The notes: generated by a model not told the origin, from the letters alone. Counted from the first letter of the stretch, positions 1 to 10,588 are shown. The stretch: DNA of 64,000 nucleotides from Candidatus Thorarchaeota archaeon (GCA_019057475.1 DXJO01000018.1:32001-96000), one strand, 5' to 3'. Numbers and translations: made by a program.

Positions 1-686
1 TTCTTAGCACCCAGCAGACGAACTGCGTCCTTTGCAGCCCGCTCGCCCAATCCTGCGGTTTCGAACAGCCGCTCTCTGGAAACATCGAAGTCGAACGAAC
101 TCTTGCGTTCTTCGCCATCCATGGCAATCACATAGACATAGCAGCTGTTCATTCCAGTTCTAGACGCAGCCTGTATCCCAAGTGTATTGCCGAGGGCGAT
201 TCCACCCCAAGAGGCAGAACACCCGGCATTCACTATCTTGGCTTTAGGGTCTGTTTCTCGGGCCTCCTCCACCATCTGTAGGGAATGCTCAATCAGGTCA
301 TCTGTTCCCAGCTCGAGTATCTCCTTAGTGAATACGCCTTCGCGTCCGGGCTTGCGCGGCTCACAGAAGCCCTTGAATCTATCATCCTCCACTGATATCG
401 TATTGATAATGGAGAGAGCCTCTCTCGTGCTTAGTTTCACGCGATCTAGGTCGATTCCACTTGCACATGCAAAGCCCACTCGCTGACCTTTTGCTGCGCG
501 TACTGCGTTACCTGCAACAACACCATCCTTAGCAGTGACAACGCCTTGATCGATTTCCGCCTCAGAAGAGCTCTCGTAGTGGATGAATATCTCAAATTCA
601 GCCGAGCTATCTAGTGCCTTCGCGTATTTCAGACTAGTGTCAGTAACAGATAGAAGCTCATCATTTAGATTGTCATATTCCATCAT
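1..686 (-). CDS. pmbA: PmbA/TldE-family protein, N-terminal part (runs off window start)
   Basis: Not in the ORF track. Manual translation from ATG 686 (MMEYDNLNDELL...EIFIHYESSSEAEIDQGVV...GFACASG...) is open to position 1. It lies directly downstream of tldD with a GGAGG RBS. Confidence 0.8.
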   Translation of the reverse strand, partial: MMEYDNLNDELLSVTDTSLKYAKALDSSAEFEIFIHYESSSEAEIDQGVVTAKDGVVAGNAVRAAKGQRVGFACASGIDLDRVKLSTREALSIINTISVEDDRFKGFCEPRKPGREGVFTKEILELGTDDLIEHSLQMVEEARETDPKAKIVNAGCSASWGGIALGNTLGIQAASRTGMNSCYVYVIAMDGEERKSSFDFDVSRERLFETAGLGERAAKDAVRLLGAK

Positions 687-696
687 AATCATCCTC

Positions 697-2130
697 CTAG
701 CCATTAGCCTGACCTCCAAAGGTTACATCGCCCACCAGCAGTTTGGGTCCTCCGAAACCTACCGGCAATGGGGATTGCCCGCCTTTTCCGCACCCTCCGA
801 AGTATCCCGAATACAGTCTAAGTTCCTTCGTTGCGCCTTCTATCTTACCGAGGAAGTCGAGAATATTCCCTGAAAGGGCTACCTCCCTTAGCGGATGCTT
901 GATCTCGCCTCTCTCCACCCAGTATCCGCGAATCGCCTTGAACAAGAAACTACCATCAGCATCGACCTGACCGCCAGATGTCTGTATGGCATAGACCCCA
1001 GTTCCGAGCTGCTCTAGCGCCTCCTCTTCCGTGAGAGTGCCTAGCGTGAAATACGTGTTCGTCATTCGGGGGATGGGTGGGAACACGAAGCTAACCGCAC
1101 GGCTATTGCCAGTTGGCTCTTGCCCAAGCTTTTTGGCTGTACCTCGATTGTGAAGGTAGTGCACAAGCACACCCTTGTCGAGTACAACTGTTTGGCCACC
1201 AGCGATGCCTTGGTCGTCAAAAGGAAACCACAGGCCACCGGTCTTCTTGATGTCGGGATATCCTCCATCGATTATTGTGGCATGTTCTGTACCGAGGCGT
1301 TCTCCTATCTTTCCTGCCAAAGGAGAGCCTCCAGTGACAATGAAGTCCGCTTCGCTAAGATGTCCAAAGGACTCGTGGGCAAGCACGCCAACAAGACGGT
1401 TCTCGATTAAGCTACGGAATTGCCCAGCTGGACACGCCTTAGCTTTGAGCTGCTCTTTAGCTTTCGCGCCTGCACTCTCACCAACCTCTTCAGGAGTGGT
1501 GCCCTTAGACTCAAAGAAATCAAGTCCGATGGTCCCTCCGTGTCCTTCCACGGCGAAGACGAGAGCGCCAGAATCCGTCTTCGACGTCACATAGCAACGG
1601 AGTCCAGTGACCAGAAACTCCCAATCAATCTCTGACGCATCGCTATTCGTGAACATTTTCTTGCCGTAAAGCTCACCGTAGAGCCCTCGTATGTTTCTAA
1701 TGTTCGCTCCGTGTTCGCGTGCAGATTCCACTACGCGGTTCACCATGTCCGTCTTGTGACCTAGGTCCTTGTCCCGAGGGTGGACCTTGACTGGCAAGGT
1801 GTCTGACTTCTTGCTCTTCACTGGAGACCCACGCTCAAAGGGGAGTTTCAGAGTAGCTGCCTTTGAAGACGCTTTTGCCATTTTGAACGCCTTCTCAGCC
1901 GCCATCTTAACATCCTTTGAAGCGGAACTTGCAGTGAAGGAGAAGCCAGAAACTCCGTCAACATAGCACGTGATGCCAAAGCCCATTCTTGACTTCACCT
2001 GTATGTCCTTCCAAATATCATCTGTGCGCTGCAGAGTTCTAAGTGTGAGATCATCATAACGAGCCTCTACAAAGTCAGCTCCGAGGTCCTCTCCAACTCG
2101 CACGCACTTTTGAAGCAAATCAAACATCAA
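697..2130 (-). CDS. tldD: TldD-family metalloprotease
   Basis: HESFGHLSEAD (HExxxH), DDQG, PRMTNTY and GCGKGGQ..PVGFGGP motifs. Confidence 0.92.
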   Translation of the reverse strand: MMFDLLQKCVRVGEDLGADFVEARYDDLTLRTLQRTDDIWKDIQVKSRMGFGITCYVDGVSGFSFTASSASKDVKMAAEKAFKMAKASSKAATLKLPFERGSPVKSKKSDTLPVKVHPRDKDLGHKTDMVNRVVESAREHGANIRNIRGLYGELYGKKMFTNSDASEIDWEFLVTGLRCYVTSKTDSGALVFAVEGHGGTIGLDFFESKGTTPEEVGESAGAKAKEQLKAKACPAGQFRSLIENRLVGVLAHESFGHLSEADFIVTGGSPLAGKIGERLGTEHATIIDGGYPDIKKTGGLWFPFDDQGIAGGQTVVLDKGVLVHYLHNRGTAKKLGQEPTGNSRAVSFVFPPIPRMTNTYFTLGTLTEEEALEQLGTGVYAIQTSGGQVDADGSFLFKAIRGYWVERGEIKHPLREVALSGNILDFLGKIEGATKELRLYSGYFGGCGKGGQSPLPVGFGGPKLLVGDVTFGGQANG

Positions 2131-2258
2131 TCATCAGCCCTTCACACCCGCCATGAAACCGTACATCATAGAGTGTGCTATCAATTCGATGAGTTCATAC
2201 CAACCGGGGAAAGCAGCTTAAGAGCATTGGGATTAGCGTAGGCTGCAGCAATCAGAAA

Positions 2259-2855
2259 CTAACGTGGGGGATGTCTGCCATACAGCTCTTTCGCTATTCG
2301 CGTGAATACATCTTGCACGTTTTCACCTGTCTTTGCACTGGCTTCGAAAAAGGGCCAACCCAACGAGTCAGCATGAACTCTTCCCTCAGCAGAACTTACC
2401 TGCCGGGATTCCTCGCGGTCTGATTTGTTACCAACGAGGGCTCCTGGGAGCTGCTTACCTGTTTCACCATCCAAGGCAACAAGGAGTCCCCGATACCACT
2501 CAGGTAGGGCTTCGAAGGAATCTCTATCGCTGACGTCGTAAACCAATGTCACAAAGTGTGCGCCCTTGTAGTATTGTGATCTCAAGGCAGTGAAGTCTTC
2601 TTGTCCACCAAGATCTATCACTGTGAGAATTACTGGGGTGAAAGCATCCACATTGACAGCGATTGCACTCAAGTCGACTCCAACCGTTGCGCAGTAACTC
2701 TCATCGAATTCATCCAGAATCAGCCGACGAATCAACGAGGATTTACCTGTGTTTGCGTTGCCAATCAGGAGGACCTTGTAGACTGGAACTGACAAAAGAA
2801 TCGCCTTTTCCAACTTATCACGGGCACGTTCGTCTTTCCCAGGGTCTAATCTCAA
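2259..2855 (-). CDS. Rab-like small GTPase (Ras superfamily)
   Basis: G1 GNANTGKS, G2 TVGVD, G3 DLGGQ, G4 NKSD, G5 EASAK; RabF-like YYKGA and LVYDVS. Confidence 0.92.
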   Translation of the reverse strand: MRLDPGKDERARDKLEKAILLSVPVYKVLLIGNANTGKSSLIRRLILDEFDESYCATVGVDLSAIAVNVDAFTPVILTVIDLGGQEDFTALRSQYYKGAHFVTLVYDVSDRDSFEALPEWYRGLLVALDGETGKQLPGALVGNKSDREESRQVSSAEGRVHADSLGWPFFEASAKTGENVQDVFTRIAKELYGRHPPR

Positions 2856-2948
2856 GCTGAGGCTTTTAAGCTAATGCAATATTCACGGGCCGTATTGGTC
2901 AGAGTTATCAATATGCTCGGGCCCTCCCTACTATAGTTGTTGAGCACC

Positions 2949-3830
2949 ATGTTGAGGTACGAAGGGTCGATTTGGAGACCACCAAGCGAAGCAAGAAGCC
3001 TAATCCTTCAAGCGACTATAGGTTGCTCACACAACGCCTGCACATTCTGTATTTCATACAAGGACAGAGAATACAGAGTTAGAGGTGCGAGAGAAATCGC
3101 CAATGACTTGGCTGAACTCCCTCGAACGTACAAACAGAGGGTCAGGCGAGTATTCCTTGCTGATGGTAATGCACTGGCCATGGATACGACCCAGCTTAAA
3201 GACACGCTGGACGTTCTGAGAGGAGATCTCCCCAATCTCGACAGGGTGGGGGTGTACGGCTATGCCAAGGATGTTAGAAACAAGAGCGTCGAGGAGCTCC
3301 GTGAACTCAATGAGGCGGGCCTCGGAATTGTGTATCTTGGGCTCGAAACGGGAGATGATAAGCTTCTGAGATGGGCTCGAAAAGGTGTAACAACTGAAGA
3401 GAACATCGCTGCAAGCAAGAAGATTCGCGACGCAGGGATTCCTCTCTCACTTACCATCATCCTGGGTCTCGGCGGCGAAGAGCACTCAGAACGACACGCA
3501 GTTTCTACTGCCAAGACATTGAATGAGATTGATCCAGAGTATGTAGGGGCACTTACCCTGATGATTCCAGGCGGGACTCCCCTCCATAAGATGGTTGATC
3601 AGGGAGAGTTCACGCCCATGAAGCCGTTAGCGATTGTCAGTGAGCTAAAGACACTTGTCGTTAACCTTGACCTGACGAAATGCATTTTTCGGACAAATCA
3701 CGCGTCAAACTACTTGCCAATTGGTGGAACTCTCAACAGGGACAAGCAAGCGATTCTTGATGTAATAGAGGGCGCAATAGCATCAGGCGATGAGAGCAAG
3801 CTTAGGCCCGGCTACTTGAGGGGTCTCTAG
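2949..3830 (+). CDS. Radical SAM protein
   Basis: CSHNACTFC (CxxxCxxC), RPPSEA N-terminus, FLADG, YLGLETG. Confidence 0.9.
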   Translation: MLRYEGSIWRPPSEARSLILQATIGCSHNACTFCISYKDREYRVRGAREIANDLAELPRTYKQRVRRVFLADGNALAMDTTQLKDTLDVLRGDLPNLDRVGVYGYAKDVRNKSVEELRELNEAGLGIVYLGLETGDDKLLRWARKGVTTEENIAASKKIRDAGIPLSLTIILGLGGEEHSERHAVSTAKTLNEIDPEYVGALTLMIPGGTPLHKMVDQGEFTPMKPLAIVSELKTLVVNLDLTKCIFRTNHASNYLPIGGTLNRDKQAILDVIEGAIASGDESKLRPGYLRGL

Positions 3831-4453
3831 TCAGACGAGCTGTTTTGCCTGAGCTTCGGAAAAAGGCGACCAGTCCGTTTGATGTACTCCCTGTATTGGT
3901 CGCCGAACTGCTCAATCAGCATCTCCTCCTCTTTGGACAGCCTCCAATAGGTGTATGGCATGGCTATGATTAGAAACAGAAGAAGTATCCAGTTAACAGA
4001 AACGAGAACCATGCCTGCATTAAACAATGTATGTGCGCTGTAGAGAGGATGTCTTACTCTAGTATAGGGTCCAGCTGTGACCAACTGGTGATCTTTGTAG
4101 ACCTCAAGCGTTGCCGAGTAACTACTAGCGAGAGTTCGATGAACCCAAAGTACGCAAAGAACCGACACAACGCCTAGGATTACACCCAGCACACGAATCT
4201 CTAGTGGCAGAAGGAAATACGACCATGATATCAGTTGCACATCGAGTACATAGAACAAGGCAACAATCATCTGGATCCAAAACATTCCAAGGAGCAATAT
4301 GGCGCTCGGTAGTCCTTCTCGCCTGATATCCTCGAAGCGCTCTTTTCTCGACTTCCTAGCGAATGATGTCTTCTTGGTGTAGTACCCCCGAATGGCAATG
4401 AATATGATGTAGAACGCCAAGAAAGATACACGAAAGGCAAGTTCTGGCTCCAT
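3827..4453 (-). CDS. Isoprenylcysteine carboxyl methyltransferase (ICMT/Ste14/PEMT) family membrane protein
   Basis: Several TM segments, GPYTRVRHPLYS, EEEMLIEQFGDQYREY. Confidence 0.85.
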   Translation of the reverse strand: MEPELAFRVSFLAFYIIFIAIRGYYTKKTSFARKSRKERFEDIRREGLPSAILLLGMFWIQMIVALFYVLDVQLISWSYFLLPLEIRVLGVILGVVSVLCVLWVHRTLASSYSATLEVYKDHQLVTAGPYTRVRHPLYSAHTLFNAGMVLVSVNWILLLFLIIAMPYTYWRLSKEEEMLIEQFGDQYREYIKRTGRLFPKLRQNSSSD

Positions 4454-4606
4454 GATTCAATCCACACTGTTAGTCAACTGCAAGATATCATAGAAACCTA
4501 CCGCTGCACAAAATACTCGAAGAGGAGCCTTTGACTACGTGATGATAAAAAGAAGCAGGAGGGAGCCCGAACCTGAAAAAATCGGCTCAAGCTCCAACCA
4601 TCGAGA

Positions 4607-7549
4607 TTAAGGGGCTGCTTGGCTCTTTCCTCGTTTTTTCATGACTATGACGAGGATGATTATCACAACCACTGCCACACCTGCAATAATCAATAGGAAT
4701 GTAAGGTCGCCAGAGTCTATGACCGTAAGGTCGTCAGAGTCTGTGACCGTAAGGTCGCCAGAGGCTATGACCGTAAACTCCTCGAACTCGCTAGTAGTGA
4801 CCTGCGATAGGTCGTCAGTGGCTTCGATAACCCATTGGACAGTCGTTCCAGCTGGAAAGGCACCTATGTCGCATTCGTATGTTTTTCCTGAAACCACTGC
4901 CATGGCCGCATTATTCCAAGTTGAGCCGTTGTTTATGCTGTAACTGCAGATAACAGACTGGATATCACTTACATCCGACACGTCAGCCGATATTGTCACG
5001 TTCGTGCCCTCGAGTGCCAAGCTGTGTGCAAGGTTCTCAATTTCGGGTCCATGGTTATCCACAATGAAGACTGCATCTGAAGTATCGACTCCAGCAAGTG
5101 CGTAGTCTTCAGCAACCACCCGAATGAGGAACTCTGCGCTGTCGTCAAGACCGGTCGTATCCCAAGTGTAGGATGTTTCCGTGAGGCCTGATGCCAGCAC
5201 GTGCCATGTAGAACCACCGTCGTCACTGTAGGAAACAGTAGAAATCGTTGAGTCCAAGTTGGGCTCTGTGATAGTCCAATGGATGACATGGGAACCTGTG
5301 ACAGTTTCTCCACCATCAGGATTGGTCACATGGACAGCCGGAGCTCTGTTCTCGGCAAGCCATCCAAAGGCATTCGTGATGAAGATGTCATTGTCGGAAT
5401 CAAAGAGAGTGGGTACGCCATCGCCATCTGGATCGCCCATCTCCATGAAATTGACGTCCGTTATGCACACTACACGTCCATGTCCCTGCTCAGCTGCAGC
5501 AAATACAGTCAACCCATCTGCAGGAGAACCATCAGAGGTCCAAGTGCACGTACCATCGTCATCGGTGATGACCAAGGCAGTACCAGTACCGATGGTGTCG
5601 TACGCTGTGCTACCGTCGACTTCAATCCGTGATATGCCGTCCATTATGGTATGGTTGCCTATGCTTTCGTTGTCATAGATTATGTACGAAGGGAAGATCG
5701 GACCATCGTCAGAGTCATCCAGGTAGCTTGTGCCATTTCGCTCGAATCCAAATGCGCTGCTGATCAAATCTGTTTCATTGCCGAAATGTCCCCAGTCAGC
5801 AGCAAGGAAAAGGCCGCCTCCTCTCTCAACAAATGACACCACGGAGTCAACTTCATCCTGAGTATAGTTTATGCCCCCGTTGCATATGAACAGGACATGG
5901 GTTTCATCGAGCAGATTCTCATGGAAATCCGTCATCCACTTCACGGTGTAACCGAGCTCTGTGAGGTAGTTACCGAATCCAAGATACGCAGCGTTTACCT
6001 GGTATAAAGCGGTATGCGATTCGTCAAAGAGCACTATTCGCTCCTTCACGCCAGCTCCAAAGAGCCAGCGGATATTGTTAACTAGGAAGACATCATTGTC
6101 ACTGTCGAAGTAGTTGTTTGTACCATCACTGTCCGAATCAAGCGTGCTAGTCAACGCATCTGTATCTCCAAAAATCGCAACTCTCCCATCCCCTTCAGTA
6201 AATGCTACTGACACCGCTGTTCCGTTGGCAATCAATCCACCACCAAACGTAGCAGTTCCATCAGTATCGGTTATTATAAGGGATTGAGCGTTTGCTGGCA
6301 TCTCGATGAAGCCGGAGCCGATATAGAACTCAACTCGGTTCACATCCAAGGTAATGGAGTGGTTATTAAGATTGGTGGGCTTCTCGAAGATGATCTGTGT
6401 ATCGGAGGTCAAATGGTCATCGGAGTCGGCCAATCCGTGGGTTCTATTGCGAACAACGCGGAATTGCTCGATTACTAGGTCAAGCGAATCGCCATGTGAC
6501 CCTACATCAGTCGTGATGAAGAGGCCTCCTCCATCGTTCACGAAATCATCAATAGCATCGACATCTTGGGTGGTGTAATTCACTAGCCCATGCGTTAGTA
6601 CAAGAATATCGCATGCTGCTAACAACTCAGGATCGAATGTCTGCATGGTCGTTACAGCGTATCCTTCTGCCATTAGGTCAGCGGCAAAGCCAGCCAACTC
6701 ATCTGTGACCTCAAAGGATTGACCGTGAGAATCATCAAACACGACGTGCCGATGGAGCCTAATAGCATTGGCAAGTAGGGCGTCAGAGTTCACGTTACGC
6801 TTAAACATATCGAAACCAAGCACTACGACATGTCCACGGCCCATGATCTTATGCAAAACAACAGTGTTAGTTCCATCATCAACAACTGTAGCATTATCAT
6901 TTGTTTCGAATGCCATGGCACCGGTTGGGGCAGCCCATGAACTTGCCACACCTCTCGCCAGTGCATCACTCGCGTTGACAAGGTTGATAGTGGTTCCTGA
7001 GAAAGCGCCTACAGATCCCACCTGCACCAAATTTGATCCATTATAGATGCGTATGGTAGGTGCATCAACGTTATAGGTTGTGCCTTGGTAATCCATTAGG
7101 ATAACAATTCCGCCGTCATTGACGAACTCAGTAAGAGTGCTCGCCCATGCGATACCCACCTCTGTCATGTTGTCTGGGTGCGCTCTCTCCTGCTCAGGAA
7201 TTAAAAGAATGTCATGACCAGGCAACATCGCGGTGAGATTCGTGTAATCAGTCAAATCGCCATAGGTGTAGTTGTACCCAAAGGTATCATCTATCGACTT
7301 CATGGTGTTCTTAAGTTCACCATGTGGTCCCATGTTATTGTCAACATACTCCGTATAGACAAGGATGCTCACGGGGAGTTGCTTATTATCGCTAAATGAC
7401 GCGGCTGCAGTTGCAGTTTCGCCTGTTAAGCTAGGACTCATTTCTGCATACGGTGTATCAGTGAGGAGTGTCCTCCCAACCGGGATAACCGTTATCAGAA
7501 GCAGAGCGACCAGCGCCAAGCATAAGCCTCCTGTTGTTTTCTTAATCAT
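4607..7549 (-). CDS. Large secreted, C-terminally membrane-anchored protein with three GATase-like (GIFT/DUF4350-like) domains and Ig-like domains
   Basis: N-terminal signal peptide; repeated VxFDxSH...FVxxGGGLF...GxGRV modules; DxDxDG motifs; C-terminal TM followed by KKR. Confidence 0.75.
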   Translation of the reverse strand: MIKKTTGGLCLALVALLLITVIPVGRTLLTDTPYAEMSPSLTGETATAAASFSDNKQLPVSILVYTEYVDNNMGPHGELKNTMKSIDDTFGYNYTYGDLTDYTNLTAMLPGHDILLIPEQERAHPDNMTEVGIAWASTLTEFVNDGGIVILMDYQGTTYNVDAPTIRIYNGSNLVQVGSVGAFSGTTINLVNASDALARGVASSWAAPTGAMAFETNDNATVVDDGTNTVVLHKIMGRGHVVVLGFDMFKRNVNSDALLANAIRLHRHVVFDDSHGQSFEVTDELAGFAADLMAEGYAVTTMQTFDPELLAACDILVLTHGLVNYTTQDVDAIDDFVNDGGGLFITTDVGSHGDSLDLVIEQFRVVRNRTHGLADSDDHLTSDTQIIFEKPTNLNNHSITLDVNRVEFYIGSGFIEMPANAQSLIITDTDGTATFGGGLIANGTAVSVAFTEGDGRVAIFGDTDALTSTLDSDSDGTNNYFDSDNDVFLVNNIRWLFGAGVKERIVLFDESHTALYQVNAAYLGFGNYLTELGYTVKWMTDFHENLLDETHVLFICNGGINYTQDEVDSVVSFVERGGGLFLAADWGHFGNETDLISSAFGFERNGTSYLDDSDDGPIFPSYIIYDNESIGNHTIMDGISRIEVDGSTAYDTIGTGTALVITDDDGTCTWTSDGSPADGLTVFAAAEQGHGRVVCITDVNFMEMGDPDGDGVPTLFDSDNDIFITNAFGWLAENRAPAVHVTNPDGGETVTGSHVIHWTITEPNLDSTISTVSYSDDGGSTWHVLASGLTETSYTWDTTGLDDSAEFLIRVVAEDYALAGVDTSDAVFIVDNHGPEIENLAHSLALEGTNVTISADVSDVSDIQSVICSYSINNGSTWNNAAMAVVSGKTYECDIGAFPAGTTVQWVIEATDDLSQVTTSEFEEFTVIASGDLTVTDSDDLTVIDSGDLTFLLIIAGVAVVVIIILVIVMKKRGKSQAAP
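4701..4776. repeat. 3 x 24-bp tandem repeat (GTAAGGTCGYCAGAGKCTRTGACC) within the stalk of the surface protein
   Basis: Units at 4701, 4725 and 4749; encode VIASGDLT/VTDSDDLT/VIDSGDLT. Confidence 0.9.
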
Positions 7550-7858
7550 AATTCATTCCTTCATTGGTGGCTGTGCGGCGTGGAAAAGCCATTTCTAACA
7601 TTACTCCATCTCTAATGTAGCTGGAGCTGTGCTACAGTGCGGCACAAATCCATCCTATCACTATTCCAGTCAATCCTTTTTAAGCTTCGCAGTAATTTGC
7701 TTCGCCTAAATCTGGTAATCAAGGCTATTCCTAGAGATACCGTGTATGGGGCTTCTAGACTTGACACTTTGGGAAAGAGCGACTCCTATTTGCAATTACT
7801 TAATAGCCGTGAGCATACAACCATGTTCCACCGACCAATATGGAAAAGATAACACTCG

Positions 7859-8275
7859 GTGATGCAAATGACTGATAAGATATACGTAATCAGCTGTAGT
7901 CAAGATTTGGCGAGTATGGGCATTGACCGAATGCGTACTTCTGTTGAGGGGTTGGAAGAGGTCGAACTATCATTTGATTGGTCAGCAGTACGGCTTGTTC
8001 CAGTCATCGCTGACGAAAAGGTCAAGTTTCAGATAGGCGAAACGCTCATAGTCAGTATAAAACCAATAGAGATTCCTGCATATGCTGCAGTCATCCAGAG
8101 TTTCTATGGTACGAACGGAATGGGTCACATGTTCTGCATAGGTTGCCTCACATTCAAGACTTATGCCGACGACCGAGTTGCGGACAAGGCAATGTTCCAG
8201 TCTAGAGTGAAGGCGCCCGTTATGAAGGGAGACCTTCTTGGACAGGTTCTAATTGTACCTGGAAAGAAGAAGTGA
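7859..8275 (+). CDS. DUF22-like archaeal protein
   Basis: PVIADE...IKPIEIP...KGDLLG pattern typical of DUF22. Confidence 0.65.
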   Translation: MMQMTDKIYVISCSQDLASMGIDRMRTSVEGLEEVELSFDWSAVRLVPVIADEKVKFQIGETLIVSIKPIEIPAYAAVIQSFYGTNGMGHMFCIGCLTFKTYADDRVADKAMFQSRVKAPVMKGDLLGQVLIVPGKKK

Positions 8276-8434
8276 AAGCACCCAGAATAGAAATTAAACC
8301 CAAAGATATCAACTACCTTAGACGGTTGCATTGATCTATCCAACTTTCTAATTCATCGGGACCCCTAACTCATTAGAATCACGTATAGGCACACAGTTTT
8401 ATCACATAAGAATTCCCAGCAGTTTGTGGTTCTG

Positions 8435-9358
8435 ATGACCTACAGACTGCGAGATTTTCGTTTCGACGAGGACTTCGATTTAGCACGAAGATTTCTTGGT
8501 GATACGTTCGAACTAACTGGAGAGCACTACACATGGGTACCATCAAGATTAGAAAATGAAAAGCATGGACAATGCGGTTCAGAGCATTCACCAGAAGATG
8601 ACAAATGGATCAAGATATGGGAACACGTGGATGATGAAAGTCCGACCATTGTAGCAGTAACCATCTTGAAATCTAATGGGTACTTCTGGATAAACGTCCA
8701 TCCTGATCATAGAGCACTTGTGAAAGAGATTGTTCCAGCCATAGAAGCGCAAAGGAAACAAATGAGTAAAGCAGAGGAAGAAGAACTCAAGATTGGCACA
8801 CCAGTTCCAATAAGTTTCAAGTCACGAATTGCACATCTCAAAGAATTGGGGTATGAGGAGGGAGGTGTATGTGAACACAATCGAATTAGACCACTCAATC
8901 TTCCTCCTCCTGAGTTTCAACCACCTGAGGGTTATACTGTCAGACATGTTGCGTTATCTGAGGACTTCGAAGAATACCGTAAGGTCCTCAGTGCGGTCTT
9001 TCCTCATTGTACAAGCATGACAGAGAATCTGGTAAGAATCTACACTGAAGCGGAGTTCTATAATGATGATCTTGATCTTGTGGTGGAAGCGCTTGATGGG
9101 AGCTTTGCAGCTTTCGTCACAGTGAGGATTGACCCAATCAGCAGGATGGCTGAGCTGGAACCAGTAGGGACACATCCAGACCACAGGGGTTTAGGACTTG
9201 GAAAGGCAATCTGTGCTGAAGGTATTCGACGTGTTCAGAAATACAATCCAAGCTGCATCGTTATTCTAGGAGCTGCATCAACTGAAAGCGCCGTCAGGCT
9301 TTACGATTCACTTGGTTTTTCAAAGGAAGATGTTCATCTCTGGAAGAAGATTATCTAG
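8435..9358 (+). CDS. GNAT-family N-acetyltransferase
   Basis: EPVGTHPDHRGLGLGKA (motif A), AVRLYDSLGF. Confidence 0.85.
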   Translation: MTYRLRDFRFDEDFDLARRFLGDTFELTGEHYTWVPSRLENEKHGQCGSEHSPEDDKWIKIWEHVDDESPTIVAVTILKSNGYFWINVHPDHRALVKEIVPAIEAQRKQMSKAEEEELKIGTPVPISFKSRIAHLKELGYEEGGVCEHNRIRPLNLPPPEFQPPEGYTVRHVALSEDFEEYRKVLSAVFPHCTSMTENLVRIYTEAEFYNDDLDLVVEALDGSFAAFVTVRIDPISRMAELEPVGTHPDHRGLGLGKAICAEGIRRVQKYNPSCIVILGAASTESAVRLYDSLGFSKEDVHLWKKII

Positions 9359-9594
9359 GCGCTTCGCTTTATGAACCAGATTATTTTGTCGCCCTCTTCA
9401 CGCATTTCAAGGATCTCATTTCCTGTGCGCTTGGCCCAGGTTGGAAAATCCTTCTTAGTGCCAACATCTGTGACAGTAACTTGGAGAATCTCTCCCACCG
9501 CGATCTCCTTGATTTCCTTCTTCGTCTTCAGCACGGGCATCGGACATCTCAGCCCGCTCGCGTCAAACACTCTAGCGACTTCATGATCAGTCAT
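9355..9594 (-). CDS. tusA: TusA/SirA sulfur carrier
   Basis: DASGLRCPMP motif, 79 aa. Confidence 0.92.
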   Translation of the reverse strand: MTDHEVARVFDASGLRCPMPVLKTKKEIKEIAVGEILQVTVTDVGTKKDFPTWAKRTGNEILEMREEGDKIIWFIKRSA

Positions 9595-9813
9595 AGGTCA
9601 TCAACTAGGCTGCAAAAGCGATTTATTCCCGTTTTATGCGTTACCATATGCCCAAACAGCCATATGCAGCTAAACGTTCATTCTGAAATCGCGCGGTTAC
9701 AGTCCGTAATCCTACGCAGTACATTTGCACGGTAACAGACCATTTTTTGTTCCTTTTCCATCACCCTTAATAACACGCGAAATCAACCATTTAGCAATTG
9801 CGGGTGAATTACA

Positions 9814-10209
9814 ATGGCCCTATTCGAATTGATTCTGTTCGTCCTATTCGGTGTTGCCATGAGCACGATGTTTAGCGGGTTTATGCTAGCGAGAAGGATG
9901 GGCTTCTATCTGATGAAGCAAGTCATGACTCTTATGGGAGCGATGATAGTCGCACTGGGAGCACTGATCGTGGGACTTTTCCTCCCGCCAGCGATTCCAG
10001 CTATGTATGACATGCTTCATATAATATTAATGATCAACTTCATCCTAGTCCTAGTGGCTACTCTAATGGAGTTCGGTCAGGTGCTACCAATACTCATGAA
10101 GGCAATGCAGGGTGGTCCGATCCACAGTTCGCACATCACGAACTTGTTGATCTCCTTCTTCCTGGCATTGGGCTTGGTTCTCTTCTATGAGGGCCTAGCA
10201 ATACTGTAG
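9814..10209 (+). CDS. Hypothetical 4-TM membrane protein
   Basis: 131 aa, strongly hydrophobic; GGTGA RBS; co-oriented with the downstream DsrE gene. Confidence 0.7.
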   Translation: MALFELILFVLFGVAMSTMFSGFMLARRMGFYLMKQVMTLMGAMIVALGALIVGLFLPPAIPAMYDMLHIILMINFILVLVATLMEFGQVLPILMKAMQGGPIHSSHITNLLISFFLALGLVLFYEGLAIL

Positions 10210-10225
10210 AGGAGATGATTCAAAG

Positions 10226-10588
10226 ATGGCTAGTCTATACATCGTAGGATCGTGGGGTCCGGAAGCCGCAGAGCGATGCTTTGCTCCCTTTGTGACCGGC
10301 ACGACCGCTCAGGCACAGGACGTAAAGGCGAAGGTATTCCTCATGATGGACGCAGTGTACCTCATGAAGAAGGGAATCGCAGAGAAGGTTAAGGCGCCTG
10401 GTTTTCCGCCACTTCCAGAGCTCATCGATGCATTCCTAGAGGAAGGTGGAAAAATCGAGCTCTGTTCAAACTCAGCAGAGTTCAGAGGCGTAAAGAAAGA
10501 GCATCTACGCGACGATCGCATCACTATTGCTGGCGCCGCCACAATGATTGATGATGCCCTTACGTTTGACAGTACAATGTACTTCTAA
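10226..10588 (+). CDS. DsrE-family sulfur transferase
   Basis: VFLMMDAVYL, ELCSNSAEFRG (conserved Cys). Confidence 0.85.
   Translation: MASLYIVGSWGPEAAERCFAPFVTGTTAQAQDVKAKVFLMMDAVYLMKKGIAEKVKAPGFPPLPELIDAFLEEGGKIELCSNSAEFRGVKKEHLRDDRITIAGAATMIDDALTFDSTMYF

Noticed and set aside
3827-4453. ICMT modifying the neighbouring Rab-like GTPase
   Set aside because: The GTPase has no C-terminal cysteine, and this family is widespread in prokaryotes
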